From contig HF993636.1 in NCBI GenBank assembly GCA_000433915.1, positions 2,838 through 66,837 of the forward strand: 64,000 nucleotides of DNA. The letters run 5' to 3'. Source of the DNA: Clostridium sp. CAG:793. Lineage in GTDB: Bacteria > Bacillota > Clostridia > TANB77 > CAG-508. The translations under genes and the position numbers were made by a program. The notes below the pieces were generated by a model. That model ran no database searches. It saw nothing but the letters and a program-made list of their open reading frames with translations, and was not told where the DNA came from. Shown in pieces: positions 37,564-47,585 of the stretch; the first letter of the stretch is position 1, and the number at the start of each line of letters is the position of its first letter.

Positions 37564-37977
37564 TTAACCCCTCCAACCTTTTACTATAACAGCGAAAACT
37601 AGTGGTAATACTTGACATATTATTAATAATGTAATAATTGCTATCATTGTGTTAAATCCTTTATCTCTATTCTCTAGATGTCTTATACCTATAACATATT
37701 GGAAAATCGCACTTATTGCTATTCCTAATATTCCAAAAGGAATACTGTATATTCTAACTTTATTTAATATATACGCAACAACTCCGTAAGTTTCACTTCC
37801 GTAAGCTTCTTGGTAATCTTTCATTGATTTTAATTCATTATCTTTTAATGTTACTATTTGGCTCTTTGTTTCGTCTGATATTATCTCTGTAGTATTATTT
37901 GCTGCAGATACTGAACCTATGCAAAATATACTAAAAAAACACATCATTATCACAAAACTTATCAACGTCTTTTTCAT
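37564..37977 (-). CDS. small membrane protein with signal peptide (unknown function)
   Basis: 137 aa. Signal-like N-terminus ending VSAANN and three predicted TM helices. Its stop is 4 nt before the 940-aa gene start. Confidence 0.7.
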   Translation of the reverse strand: MKKTLISFVIMMCFFSIFCIGSVSAANNTTEIISDETKSQIVTLKDNELKSMKDYQEAYGSETYGVVAYILNKVRIYSIPFGILGIAISAIFQYVIGIRHLENRDKGFNTMIAIITLLIICQVLPLVFAVIVKGWRG

Positions 37978-38042
37978 GATATATTTCCTCCTTTATATCT
38001 TATATAATAATACACTAACTTAAATAAAATAGCAAGTAAATT

Positions 38043-39272
38043 TTATAATTTATTGTACAAATACATCATCCATTTATATACACCTTTTGACCAATTTGTG
38101 TCAGTTGCGTATGATTTATTTACTGCGGTTAAGGTTGCACCTTTAAAATATGTACCAACTGCTTTTTCTTCGTTATAAATGGCTGTTCCTTTTGGATTTA
38201 AATAATATTTGACAAATACTCTTGATACTAAATCGATTCCTTCCGCATAAGTTTCAAATCTAGCAGCACTTCCTCCTGGATCTCTGTCATATGCAGCATA
38301 TCCAAATAGGTTTTTCTTATTTAATGATATATTTGATGTTCCCCATCCGCTTTCATGTATTGCTACTGCTGCAACAAATATTCCATTTACATTATATTGT
38401 TGTTCTGCATAATAAAAATATTCAGCATTTTCCTTAAATACATTATTTTTATCACTTGAATTATTTTCAAATATTTTCTTAAATTGTTCTATTGTTAAAC
38501 CACTCTTTTTATTCAGTAACATACTAAATCCTAAATCTTGGGTTAGCTGTTCTTTGGTGTATTGATGATTATTTTCATCTCCATCACTGTTTCCGTTTGG
38601 GTTTACATATGCTAAGCAATCAGTAGGTACCCATCCAATGTAATTTCCATAAGATACGTAATACCAATCATCCTGCTTTGCTTTTAATGTTACTTGTTCT
38701 CCTTTGTTAATTGTAATTAGCTTGTCTGAATTCTGGTTTGGGTCAACGTGAATTGCAAGTGTGTTAGACGTTGCCTTCAAAGTATCTCCAACAATAGGTA
38801 CATAGTTGCTAGAATATGCTGATGTTCCAATTTCAACAATTTTATCTATTGCTACTTTTTTTATTTCAGATGATATCTGTTCTGTTGATATTAATTCTCC
38901 ATCTTGATATATCATTTTTACTATTGCATCTTGTTTTCCATCTGAGCCTTCTTGAATTGTCTGAATCTTGCCTTTTGCTAATGATTCATTTTGTCTATAT
39001 TGTGTTGAAAATTCGACATCAGTTTCTTGCCTTTCTATTTTTTCTGTTATTATGCTTTTTTCATTTTGCATTATTATATTTTCTATATTAGGTTGTTTTG
39101 ATGTATCTTGTTTTGTTATAGGAACTTCAATTTCTACTGGCGACATTCTTTTTTCTTGCGATGCATACGATACATTTTTTGTTTTTTTGACACCAAAAAT
39201 AATAGCTATAACTAGTGCTACGGCTATTACTAATGCAATTATATATTTGTATACATCCATTGATTTTTTCAT
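38043..39272 (-). CDS. cell-wall hydrolase: TM anchor + G5 + SH3b + GH73 N-acetylglucosaminidase domain
   Basis: 409 aa. G5-like block (IQTIQEGSDGKQDAIVKMIYQDGELIS...IVEIGT), SH3b-like block (DDWYYVSYGNYIGWVPTDCL), GH73 motif AIHESGWGTS ... NLFGY ... YATD. Confidence 0.85.
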   Translation of the reverse strand: MKKSMDVYKYIIALVIAVALVIAIIFGVKKTKNVSYASQEKRMSPVEIEVPITKQDTSKQPNIENIIMQNEKSIITEKIERQETDVEFSTQYRQNESLAKGKIQTIQEGSDGKQDAIVKMIYQDGELISTEQISSEIKKVAIDKIVEIGTSAYSSNYVPIVGDTLKATSNTLAIHVDPNQNSDKLITINKGEQVTLKAKQDDWYYVSYGNYIGWVPTDCLAYVNPNGNSDGDENNHQYTKEQLTQDLGFSMLLNKKSGLTIEQFKKIFENNSSDKNNVFKENAEYFYYAEQQYNVNGIFVAAVAIHESGWGTSNISLNKKNLFGYAAYDRDPGGSAARFETYAEGIDLVSRVFVKYYLNPKGTAIYNEEKAVGTYFKGATLTAVNKSYATDTNWSKGVYKWMMYLYNKL

Positions 39273-39301
39273 ATTTACATTCCTATCATTTTAATATTTT
39301 A

Positions 39302-40018
39302 TTACATAATTTTTACTGGATCAAATTTTATATAATCTGAGCTTATCAATTTTAGTTTTACACCATTAATAGTTCCTTCAACTGCCTCTTCATGTGCTTG
39401 TCCATGTAAGTGTCCATAATAGCAATTATCTATGTTGTACTTTTTAAGCATTTCCAAATATGGACTTTTCTCATCTTTTTCTATTATGTTTTTTGTGATT
39501 GGTGGATAATGCATTATACAAATTATTTTCTTTTCTTGGTTTGATTTTTTCATTTTATTTAGTGCATCTTTTATTGATAATTCCAGTCTAATTAATTCTC
39601 TATTTAGCATTTTCTTTCCGTTGTCACTTTCACTAAAATACCATCCTCTAGTTCCAACTATCATTGCTTCTTCTGTTTCAACTGAATTGTTATATAAAAA
39701 ATTAATTTTTTTATATTTATTTTTTTCAACAAATTCTTGCATTTTATTTAATGTTGTCCACCAAAAATCATGATTCCCTTTTAGTAAAATTTTAGTTCCT
39801 GGTAGGTTATCTATAAATTCAAAGTCCTTTTTTGCTTCTCTTATATACATCGCCCAAGAAAAATCTCCTGGTAATAATACAACGTCTTCTTCATTTATTT
39901 TGCTTAACCAATTTTCACTTATCTTTTTTTCGTAGTTTGCCCAATTCTCTCCAAATATGTTCATTGGTTTGTTTACTCCAAATGATAAGTGTAAATCGCC
40001 TATTCCGTAAATAGCCAC
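39302..40018 (-). CDS. metallophosphoesterase
   Basis: 238 aa. GDLHL, LLPGDFS, GNHDFWW, GHLHG calcineurin-like motifs. Confidence 0.88.
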   Translation of the reverse strand: MAIYGIGDLHLSFGVNKPMNIFGENWANYEKKISENWLSKINEEDVVLLPGDFSWAMYIREAKKDFEFIDNLPGTKILLKGNHDFWWTTLNKMQEFVEKNKYKKINFLYNNSVETEEAMIVGTRGWYFSESDNGKKMLNRELIRLELSIKDALNKMKKSNQEKKIICIMHYPPITKNIIEKDEKSPYLEMLKKYNIDNCYYGHLHGQAHEEAVEGTINGVKLKLISSDYIKFDPVKIM

Positions 40019-40049
40019 TAAATGACTCCTTTCGTTTAATCCGTTACTT

Positions 40050-41039
40050 TTATTTTAGTTGTAAATCTGGCACAGCATTTAAGCTTAAATCACTTATATT
40101 TCCAGCTAAATAATTGTAATATCCTGCTGATGCAATCATTGCTGCATTATCTGTACATAGTTTTAAATCTGGCATATATACTTTTGTATCTTTTAATTCT
40201 AAAAATGATTGTCTAATATAGCTATTGGCTGAAACTCCTCCTGCTAGTGCTACTGTATGTATTCCTGTTTGTTCTATTGCTTTTTGTACATTATTTATTA
40301 ATATTTCTGATACAGTTTTCTCGAAACTTTTGCATAAATCAGCTTTGTTTATTTCAGGATTTTTATGATGTAAGTTTATTACAGCTGTTTTTATTCCACT
40401 AAAACTAAAATCTAAATTTTCAAAGTGAGTTTTTGGAAGTTCTATGTTTGCATTTCCTTCTTGTGCTAGCTTGTCTACTTTAGGTCCACCTGGATAGCCT
40501 AATCCGATTACTCTTGCAACTTTATCAAAGGCTTCACCAACAGCGTCATCTCTTGTCTTTCCTAATACATCAAATTCTGTATAGTCCTTTACATATACTA
40601 TTTGAGTATTTCCTCCTGACATCATAACACATAAAAATGGTGGCTTTAGTTCTTTATATGTAATATAATTTGCAGCTATATGTCCCTCAATATGGTTTGT
40701 TCCTATTAATGGCTTATTTAGTGCAAAACTTAAAGCTTTTCCATATGAAAGTCCAACTAAAAGAGCTCCCACAAGTCCTGGTCCGTATGTACATGCAATT
40801 ACATCAACATCTTCTAATTGAATGTTTGCTTCTTTAATTGCTTCTTTGGTTACATCTGATACATTTTGTATATGATTTCTTGAAGCAATTTCTGGAACTA
40901 CCCCTCCATAAAGTGTATGAATTGCTATTTGAGTGTTTATTACATTTGATAAAACTTCTCTACCGTTTTTAACAACGGCAACAGATGTTTCATCACAACT
41001 TGATTCAATTCCTAAAGTATAAATATCTTTTTTATTCAT
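40050..41039 (-). CDS. tsaD: tRNA N6-adenosine threonylcarbamoyltransferase TsaD
   Basis: 329 aa. [30 protein letters not shown]. Confidence 0.95.
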   Translation of the reverse strand: MNKKDIYTLGIESSCDETSVAVVKNGREVLSNVINTQIAIHTLYGGVVPEIASRNHIQNVSDVTKEAIKEANIQLEDVDVIACTYGPGLVGALLVGLSYGKALSFALNKPLIGTNHIEGHIAANYITYKELKPPFLCVMMSGGNTQIVYVKDYTEFDVLGKTRDDAVGEAFDKVARVIGLGYPGGPKVDKLAQEGNANIELPKTHFENLDFSFSGIKTAVINLHHKNPEINKADLCKSFEKTVSEILINNVQKAIEQTGIHTVALAGGVSANSYIRQSFLELKDTKVYMPDLKLCTDNAAMIASAGYYNYLAGNISDLSLNAVPDLQLK

Positions 41040-41062
41040 TTTATGTATTAATTACTCCTCTT

Positions 41063-41800
41063 TTATACTCCTGCTATTATTCTTATTAATTTCACTAGTG
41101 CTTCTTCTAATCCTCTAATTGCAGGAGATATAATCATACTTGCAAATGGTGTTACCCATATTATTATAAATATTATGTATAATATTTGTTGATGTTCTTG
41201 ATACCATATTCTTGCTTTTGGTGGTAAAAATGCCTCTAATATTTTTGATCCATCTAATGGTGGTAATGGGATTAAGTTGAATATTCCAAGTCCAACATTC
41301 ATTTCTATTGTTGATACTATGATTTCTATTAGTACATTTCCTGTAGTTGTTGCTAGGAAACTTCCTCCGAATCTTATTAATAATCCATATATAATAGAAA
41401 ATATCACTGCTAGAATTATGTTCATTGCTGGTCCTGCTATTGAAACTAAAGCATTTCCTTTTTTTATTGAAATTGTTCTATTAAAATTATTTGGATTTAT
41501 TTGGACTGGCTTGCCCCATCCAAATCCTGCTGTAATCAATAGCACTGCTCCTACTGGATCTATATGTGCAAATGGATTTAATGTTAATCTTCCTTGTCTT
41601 CTTGGTGTATCGTCTCCTAATTTATCTGCCATCCATGCGTGAGCAAATTCATGAAATGTAATTGCTATTAATATTGCTGGTATTGATAGTATTAGTGCAA
41701 GAAAAGCGCCTGGTGTAGTTAAGTAATACTTTAAATTATCTATTATTAATATTGCTATTATTACTATCATCCATGGATTTGAAAATGTGTTATAGAACAT
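41063..41800 (-). CDS. site-2 protease family (M50) membrane metalloprotease
   Basis: 245 aa, polytopic. HEFAHAWMA (HExxH) and the downstream NLIPLPPLDG motif. Confidence 0.88.
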   Translation of the reverse strand: MFYNTFSNPWMIVIIAILIIDNLKYYLTTPGAFLALILSIPAILIAITFHEFAHAWMADKLGDDTPRRQGRLTLNPFAHIDPVGAVLLITAGFGWGKPVQINPNNFNRTISIKKGNALVSIAGPAMNIILAVIFSIIYGLLIRFGGSFLATTTGNVLIEIIVSTIEMNVGLGIFNLIPLPPLDGSKILEAFLPPKARIWYQEHQQILYIIFIIIWVTPFASMIISPAIRGLEEALVKLIRIIAGV

Positions 41801-41822
41801 AGTTCCTCCTTAATTTCAATTA

Positions 41823-42053
41823 TTATGCTTTTGTTAATTCATCATCAACAAATTGTTTTGCCTCTTCTATATTATCTGTTTCAACAAAAACTTTTTCTTT
41901 TTCATCTTCTACAGAAAATCTTTGATATTCTCCTCTAATGTAACTATATATCAAATATCCTTTATATCTTTCTTCAAGATTATCATATCTTCTTCTCATT
42001 GGACCTTTACACATAAGATCCTGCATTTCATATTCTTTAAAATCATATTTCAT
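41823..42053 (-). CDS. hypothetical small protein
   Basis: 76-aa ORF in the lysS-M50 interval, co-directional. I recognise no motif. Confidence 0.5.
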   Translation of the reverse strand: MKYDFKEYEMQDLMCKGPMRRRYDNLEERYKGYLIYSYIRGEYQRFSVEDEKEKVFVETDNIEEAKQFVDDELTKA

Positions 42054-42088
42054 TTTATTAATATCTCTTTATAAATTTTATAAAAATT

Positions 42089-43603
42089 TTAGCGATCTGC
42101 TAAAGGTTTCATTGTTGGGAATAATAATACATCTCTTATTGATGCTGAATTTGTTAATAGCATTACTAATCTGTCAATTCCCATTCCCATTCCACCTGTA
42201 GGTGGCAATCCTATTTCAAGAGCATTGATGTAATCGTCGTCCATCATTCCAGCCTCATCATCGCCTCTTTCTCTATTTTTGATTTCATTTACGAATCTCT
42301 CATGTTGGTCTATTGGATCATTTAATTCTGAGAAAGCATTTGCATATTCCCTTCCTCCAATAAATAATTCGAATCTTTGTGTCATTTCTGGTTTTCCTGC
42401 TACCTTTTTAGCAAGTGGTGAATTTTCAATTGGATATTCATATACAAATGTTGGTTGAATTAATGTTTCCTCAACTTTTTCATCAAATACTTGAGCGATA
42501 ATATCTCCTCTTGAATTCTTGATAGGGTCAATTTCTATATGCATTTCTTTTAGTACATTTTGTGCTTCTTCGTCTGTTTTTATTGTATTAAAGTCAACAC
42601 CAGTTACTTCTTTAATAGCATCAATCATAGTTATTCTCTTCCACTCTGGAGTTAAGTCAATATCAACACCTTGGTAGTTTATCTTCATTGTTCCTAATAC
42701 TTTTTGTGCTATTTTTGATACTAATTCTTCTGTTAAATTCATCATATCTTCTAAGTTTTCATAAGCTGAGTATAACTCTATAGTTGTGAATTCAGGATTA
42801 TGCTTTATATCCATTCCTTCATTTCTGAAAATTCTTCCTATTTCATATACTTTTTCAAAACCACCAACAACTAATCTCTTTAAGTTTAGTTCTGTTGCAA
42901 TTCTTAAATACATATCGATATCTAATGTATTGTGATGTGTTATAAATGGTCTTGCTGTTGCTCCTCCTGATATTGTGTTTAATATAGGAGTTTCAACTTC
43001 AAGGTAACCTTTATCATCTAGTATTCTTTTCATTTCTTTTATTATTTGTGTTCTTTTGATAAATGCATCTTTTACTTCTGGATTCATTATAAGGTCTATA
43101 TATCTTTGTCTGTATCTTAAGTCTGTATCTTTTAATCCATGGAATTTTTCTGGTAGTGGTTTTAATGATTTTGCTAATAAAGTTACTTTCTTAGCATGAA
43201 TTGAGATTTCACCAGTTCTTGTTTTAAATACAAATCCTGTTATTCCAATAATGTCTCCTATATCATCTTCTTTGAATTGTTTATAGCTTTCTTCTCCTAA
43301 TTCATTTATGCTTACATAACTTTGAATTTTGCCATCACCATCTTGAATATGGCAGAATGATGCTTTTCCCATTATTCTTTTTCCCATTATTCTTCCAGCT
43401 ACAGTAACATCTTTACCTTCTAGCTCATCATAATGTTCCATTATTTCTTTACTTGTATGAGTTCTTTCAAACTTTGTAATTTCAAATGGATCATGTCCTT
43501 CTTCTCTTAGTTTATCTAATTTTTCTCTTCTTACTTGCATTAGATGATTCATATCTAATGTTTCATTTTCTTGAATGTTGTTTTCATTATTATTTGTTTC
43601 CAT
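42089..43603 (-). CDS. lysS: lysine--tRNA ligase (class II)
   Basis: 504 aa. OB-fold N-domain and class II motifs ([39 protein letters not shown]). Confidence 0.96.
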   Translation of the reverse strand: METNNNENNIQENETLDMNHLMQVRREKLDKLREEGHDPFEITKFERTHTSKEIMEHYDELEGKDVTVAGRIMGKRIMGKASFCHIQDGDGKIQSYVSINELGEESYKQFKEDDIGDIIGITGFVFKTRTGEISIHAKKVTLLAKSLKPLPEKFHGLKDTDLRYRQRYIDLIMNPEVKDAFIKRTQIIKEMKRILDDKGYLEVETPILNTISGGATARPFITHHNTLDIDMYLRIATELNLKRLVVGGFEKVYEIGRIFRNEGMDIKHNPEFTTIELYSAYENLEDMMNLTEELVSKIAQKVLGTMKINYQGVDIDLTPEWKRITMIDAIKEVTGVDFNTIKTDEEAQNVLKEMHIEIDPIKNSRGDIIAQVFDEKVEETLIQPTFVYEYPIENSPLAKKVAGKPEMTQRFELFIGGREYANAFSELNDPIDQHERFVNEIKNRERGDDEAGMMDDDYINALEIGLPPTGGMGMGIDRLVMLLTNSASIRDVLLFPTMKPLADR

Positions 43604-43695
43604 TTTGACTCTCCTTGTTTATTATTCAATAGTATTATTATACCTCAAATGCTTGTTTTTGTAAACCTTTCGCATTGCAAAAATTATGTAAATTT

Positions 43696-45249
43696 CTAAT
43701 TGTTTACTCCATGATGTGCAGTTGGTGCTGAATCATCTATTTTGCTAAAAGTAAATCCATTGCTTAGTCCATAATCTATTATACTTTCTAACGCATTTAA
43801 TGTTTTTTTATTTCCACTAAAGTCATGCATTAGTACAACATTAGCTCTTGTTTTCCTTAGTCCTTTTGTTACATTGTTATACACATCGGCTGAGTTCTTT
43901 GCCTCTCCCGCATCTCCTGCTGATACGTTCCAATCAAAATACTTAAATCCTCGTGCTGTTACTTCATTTACTAATTTTGACATTATTCCAGGATTAAATT
44001 TACTTATTGTGTTTGAGCTTCCTCCTGGGAATCTTGTATAATAAGTAGTTATTCCGGTTGAATTCTTTATCTTGGTCTGTAATTTTGTTATGTTAGACAT
44101 ATAAGCATCAACAGATTTATATATATCTTTGTAATTATGTGAATATCCGTGAATCCCTACTGTATGTCCTTCAGCCACTTCTCGTTTTATATATTTTTCA
44201 CCATTGCTATCATAATTTAATATAAAGAATGTTGCTTTTACACCCTTTTTCTTTAAAATATCCAATACTTTTGGTGTGATACTAGAGCTTGGTCCATCAT
44301 CAAAGGTTAAATAGATTACTCCATCTTTATTTGGGCTATTGGCTTCTTGCTGTTTATATACAATAACAGTTCTGCTTGCTTTTCCTTCGTTGCCTTTCGA
44401 ATCAGATACTTTATATGTGATTGTATATGTTCCTGCTTTATCTGTATTTACGCTTCCTTCTGTTGTTATTTTAGATGTTAAATCTCCATCTTTATCATCT
44501 GTTGCTTTTGCACCTTTTTCATTGTATTTGCCACCAACTACGACATACATCCTTTGATTTCCATTTAGTGTTATAACTGGTGCTACGTCATCTATTAAAT
44601 GTACTTTTCTCTTCTTTTCGGTTGTATTTCCTGATGTGTCAGACACTGTATATACAATTTCAATTTCATCATCATTTATTTTGTTTTGCTTTAATTCTAC
44701 TTTGTCAGTTATATCTCCATCATAATTGTCAATTGCTTTATATCCCGGATCTTTGTATTCTTTCGCATACGAATATTCTATTTCGTCACTACCTTCTAGA
44801 GTTATTTCTGGTGAAATTGTATCAACTATTTGTACAGTTTGCTTATGTGTGTATTTTCTTCCCCATAGCATCGGAATCTCAAGTTCTACTTCATAATTTC
44901 CTACTTTATAATAATCAATATTTCCATTTACTTTTATTGACTTTGATACATCTTTTCCCATATATATTGTTTTTGGTTCTTGTAGTTCGGTTCCACTTTT
45001 TGCTTCTATTTTTATTGTATTTTTTGAGCTTTCTTCAATGATAGGATTTTTAAAAGATAGTGTAAGAAATGCAATTAATATGTATATTGCAATTATTTCA
45101 ATTACTCTTATAATTACTCTTTTTTTGCTTTTTCCATGTTTGTGGTTTCTATTTTTATGTGATACTACTATTGTTCTCCATATTAATATTATTGCAATTA
45201 TTGCTTCAATTAGTATTTCTACGTTTTCTGCTAAAAATATGTTATTCAT
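43696..45249 (-). CDS. polysaccharide deacetylase (NodB domain) with three Ig-like (DUF5011-type) repeats
   Basis: 517 aa. TM anchor, repeated D..P.I.L.G...YKDPGY.A.D..DGDLT blocks, and NodB motifs LTFDDGP, HTVGIHGYSH. Confidence 0.88.
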   Translation of the reverse strand: MNNIFLAENVEILIEAIIAIILIWRTIVVSHKNRNHKHGKSKKRVIIRVIEIIAIYILIAFLTLSFKNPIIEESSKNTIKIEAKSGTELQEPKTIYMGKDVSKSIKVNGNIDYYKVGNYEVELEIPMLWGRKYTHKQTVQIVDTISPEITLEGSDEIEYSYAKEYKDPGYKAIDNYDGDITDKVELKQNKINDDEIEIVYTVSDTSGNTTEKKRKVHLIDDVAPVITLNGNQRMYVVVGGKYNEKGAKATDDKDGDLTSKITTEGSVNTDKAGTYTITYKVSDSKGNEGKASRTVIVYKQQEANSPNKDGVIYLTFDDGPSSSITPKVLDILKKKGVKATFFILNYDSNGEKYIKREVAEGHTVGIHGYSHNYKDIYKSVDAYMSNITKLQTKIKNSTGITTYYTRFPGGSSNTISKFNPGIMSKLVNEVTARGFKYFDWNVSAGDAGEAKNSADVYNNVTKGLRKTRANVVLMHDFSGNKKTLNALESIIDYGLSNGFTFSKIDDSAPTAHHGVNN

Positions 45250-45354
45250 TTTGTTTCCTCTTTTGCTTCATTTTATTCTACTTTTATTTCTAGAAAAATT
45301 ATAACACTTTATTATTCTTTTGTCTTCAATTTATTGAATTTAAATTTATAATTT

Positions 45355-45379
45355 TTAAGCCCTAATCAATAGGGCTTAA
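45355..45379. terminator. 10-bp-stem hairpin in the long spacer downstream of the ATPase/Toprim-like cassette
   Basis: TTAAGCCCTA (45355-45364) is the exact reverse complement of TAGGGCTTAA (45370-45379). It is the GC-richest element in an otherwise AT-only spacer. There is no clear T-tract, so terminator function is inferred. Confidence 0.45.
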
Positions 45380-45631
45380 TTAATGTATATGTCATTAATT
45401 ATTTATTATATATACAAAACACGGGCATATTTTATGATTGTATATTTATATAGTCTTTCTCCTTTCTAGTTATTGATTATGTAATTACAATTTATAATTT
45501 CTTTGGATTTTTTCAGAAACAAATATATTGACAAATAATGACATAAACATTATTCATATTATAATGCATGATTTGTTTCAAGTCAACAATAATCGTATGT
45601 CGTTTTTTGACAAAATTCGACATCAGCTAAA

Positions 45632-46438
45632 TTAAGCTAATGTCGAATCCATTTCAATTATTCCTAAATCAATAAATGATATTAATAATAAGCTTAGCAT
45701 ATATTGTCTTTTACTTATAATTTCATATTCAAAAATTTCTTTGTTAAAATCAGATATATCATCTAAATTTATCTTATCAATCTTTATGTATCTTAAAGAA
45801 TTAATCATTTCTTTAAAGGCATTTTTTATTGATTGCTCATTCAATTTTGAATCATCATATTTCTTGTCATTTATATATCTTTTTAATTTATTCTTTTCAA
45901 AATCAAATCTTTCACTAAATTTAATCATTTCTTTTTCAAAATTTGATATTATAAATGTTTCTATTGCAGGATAGCTTAGTAATAGCATACCTCCAATTTG
46001 GTCAAATTTATTTTCTATACTTGGTGTTCTAGAATTTAAAAACTTGCTAATCAATTTTTTTATGTTATTCTCATCTTTTAATCTATCTCCATCAAATATA
46101 TAGTATATTGCTGCATTTTCATAGTTAAATGTTAAATCATGATGCTTTAATTCTTGTATTTGTTCTTCTATAAATTTTTCATTTTCTATACTTGAAATAT
46201 TGCTTTTTTCTGAATTGATTATTGCAATTTTGGATTGTACGTTTTCATCACTTTCAAGCAAAAAAGTTTCTTTTCCACTTCTAGTTCTTGTTATAATTTC
46301 TTTGTATCCTAATATTCTTTTAAATATAATCGTAAGAAGATTGATTTCTCTTCTTTCTCCTTCAACTATATAAATGACTTTTCCTATATTCTTATTTTTA
46401 TTAAGTTTTATTTTATTATTTAATATTTGGTAATCCAT
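45632..46438 (-). CDS. Toprim-like RloB/AriB-type protein (putative nuclease partner of the upstream ATPase)
   Basis: 268 aa from the ATG at 46438, with GGAG 6 nt upstream. The track lists a GTG at 46450. Motifs in order: VIYIVEGERRE, YYIFDGDR, LLLSYPAIETFI. This E...DxD...E pattern is that of RloB-like and DUF4435 Toprim proteins. Overlaps the ATPase gene by 23 nt. Confidence 0.7.
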   Translation of the reverse strand: MDYQILNNKIKLNKNKNIGKVIYIVEGERREINLLTIIFKRILGYKEIITRTRSGKETFLLESDENVQSKIAIINSEKSNISSIENEKFIEEQIQELKHHDLTFNYENAAIYYIFDGDRLKDENNIKKLISKFLNSRTPSIENKFDQIGGMLLLSYPAIETFIISNFEKEMIKFSERFDFEKNKLKRYINDKKYDDSKLNEQSIKNAFKEMINSLRYIKIDKINLDDISDFNKEIFEYEIISKRQYMLSLLLISFIDLGIIEMDSTLA

Positions 46439-47564
46439 TAAACACTCCACTTAAATACATTTTTTCTAAATTTTGTGCCTCTCTTGGCTTACTATCTGAC
46501 ACTCTGTTTAATACACTACCTTTTCCGTCTATAAAGTCAACTGTATAAATTTGATCAGGTCTTAGCAAATTGTTTGTAAGTAAATTTGTAGAGTGTGATA
46601 CCAATAAAAGCTGTGCATCTTTTGAATTTTCCATAAAATATTTGATTATTTTTTCTTCAAGCGTATTGTGAAATCCACTACTGAATTCATCAATTACTGC
46701 CATTCCACCATTTCTCATAGTTTCAAATACAATTGGAATAGTGTTTATTAAAGTTTGATTTCCTTCTGATTCCATAGTTATTGGTAAAGCAAAATTCATA
46801 TTTTTTCTTTCTACTATTATATCTTTCTGTCCATTTTCAAAATTAAATTTTAATCTTCCATTATCATAATTATTAGTATATGTAACTGTTTGTGAATTTC
46901 CTATTTGTTTTAAAAATTGATTAAATTTATCAGTACCATTTTTGTCAAAATAATCTCTATACGTTATAATCGATGAGTTTCCAGCTGATTTATATATTCT
47001 CTTATTTGGCTGATCAATATATATTGATTTTTCAAGAAATTCAAACCATTTTCTGAGAGTAGCATCATCTACAAATTTTGTGTCAAAATAAACTTTTCTA
47101 ATTGCACTTTGATTTCTTTGAAGATTTTCAATTGATGTTTTATTGCCATTTGGGCTAGTATATTCTGCATATTCTTTTAATCTATTTAGTCTTTCAACAT
47201 TGTCTATATATATTTTTTCTTTGTATATTCCTTCATCATTGCCTTCTATTAAATATGAAATATTTTCATTATTTATAAGGAATTCATAGGTTAATTGCAT
47301 ATTTCCTTTTCGTTCTTTAAATAAGCATACATAGTCTATTGGTCTTAAATTTACTTGCCAAACAAGTAAACTTAATAAAAGTCTTATTGAATGCAATACT
47401 GTTGATTTTCCTGTTGCATTTCCTCCAACAATAAGTGCACCCTTTAAAATATCATTTTGATCTTTATTTGTTTCATTTAATATTTCATATCCTGTTGCAT
47501 TTAAGTCTAATTCTGCTTTCTCCATATATGATTTAAAATTTTTCATTATTATCTTTTTTAACAT
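46416..47564 (-). CDS. ABC/SMC-like AAA ATPase (AAA_21/AbiLi/AriA-type)
   Basis: 382 aa from the ATG at 47564, with AAGGAG 7 nt upstream. The track start at 47609 adds 15 residues. N-terminal MLKKIIMKNFKSY, Walker A GGNATGKST, signature-like SEGNQTL, Walker B MAVIDEFSSGFH, H-loop LLLVSHST. Confidence 0.8.
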   Translation of the reverse strand: MLKKIIMKNFKSYMEKAELDLNATGYEILNETNKDQNDILKGALIVGGNATGKSTVLHSIRLLLSLLVWQVNLRPIDYVCLFKERKGNMQLTYEFLINNENISYLIEGNDEGIYKEKIYIDNVERLNRLKEYAEYTSPNGNKTSIENLQRNQSAIRKVYFDTKFVDDATLRKWFEFLEKSIYIDQPNKRIYKSAGNSSIITYRDYFDKNGTDKFNQFLKQIGNSQTVTYTNNYDNGRLKFNFENGQKDIIVERKNMNFALPITMESEGNQTLINTIPIVFETMRNGGMAVIDEFSSGFHNTLEEKIIKYFMENSKDAQLLLVSHSTNLLTNNLLRPDQIYTVDFIDGKGSVLNRVSDSKPREAQNLEKMYLSGVFNGLPNIK

Positions 47565-47585
47565 CTTCATTCTCCTTATGCTTTT

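Noticed and set aside
41063-41800. The M50 site-2 protease, considered as the pro-sigma-K processing enzyme SpoIVFB.
   Set aside because: Its size (245 aa), the absence of a C-terminal CBS-like region, and its motif context (HEFAHAWMADKLGD...LNPFAHIDP) match the widespread non-sporulation M50 subgroup. The location is also unrelated to sporulation genes.
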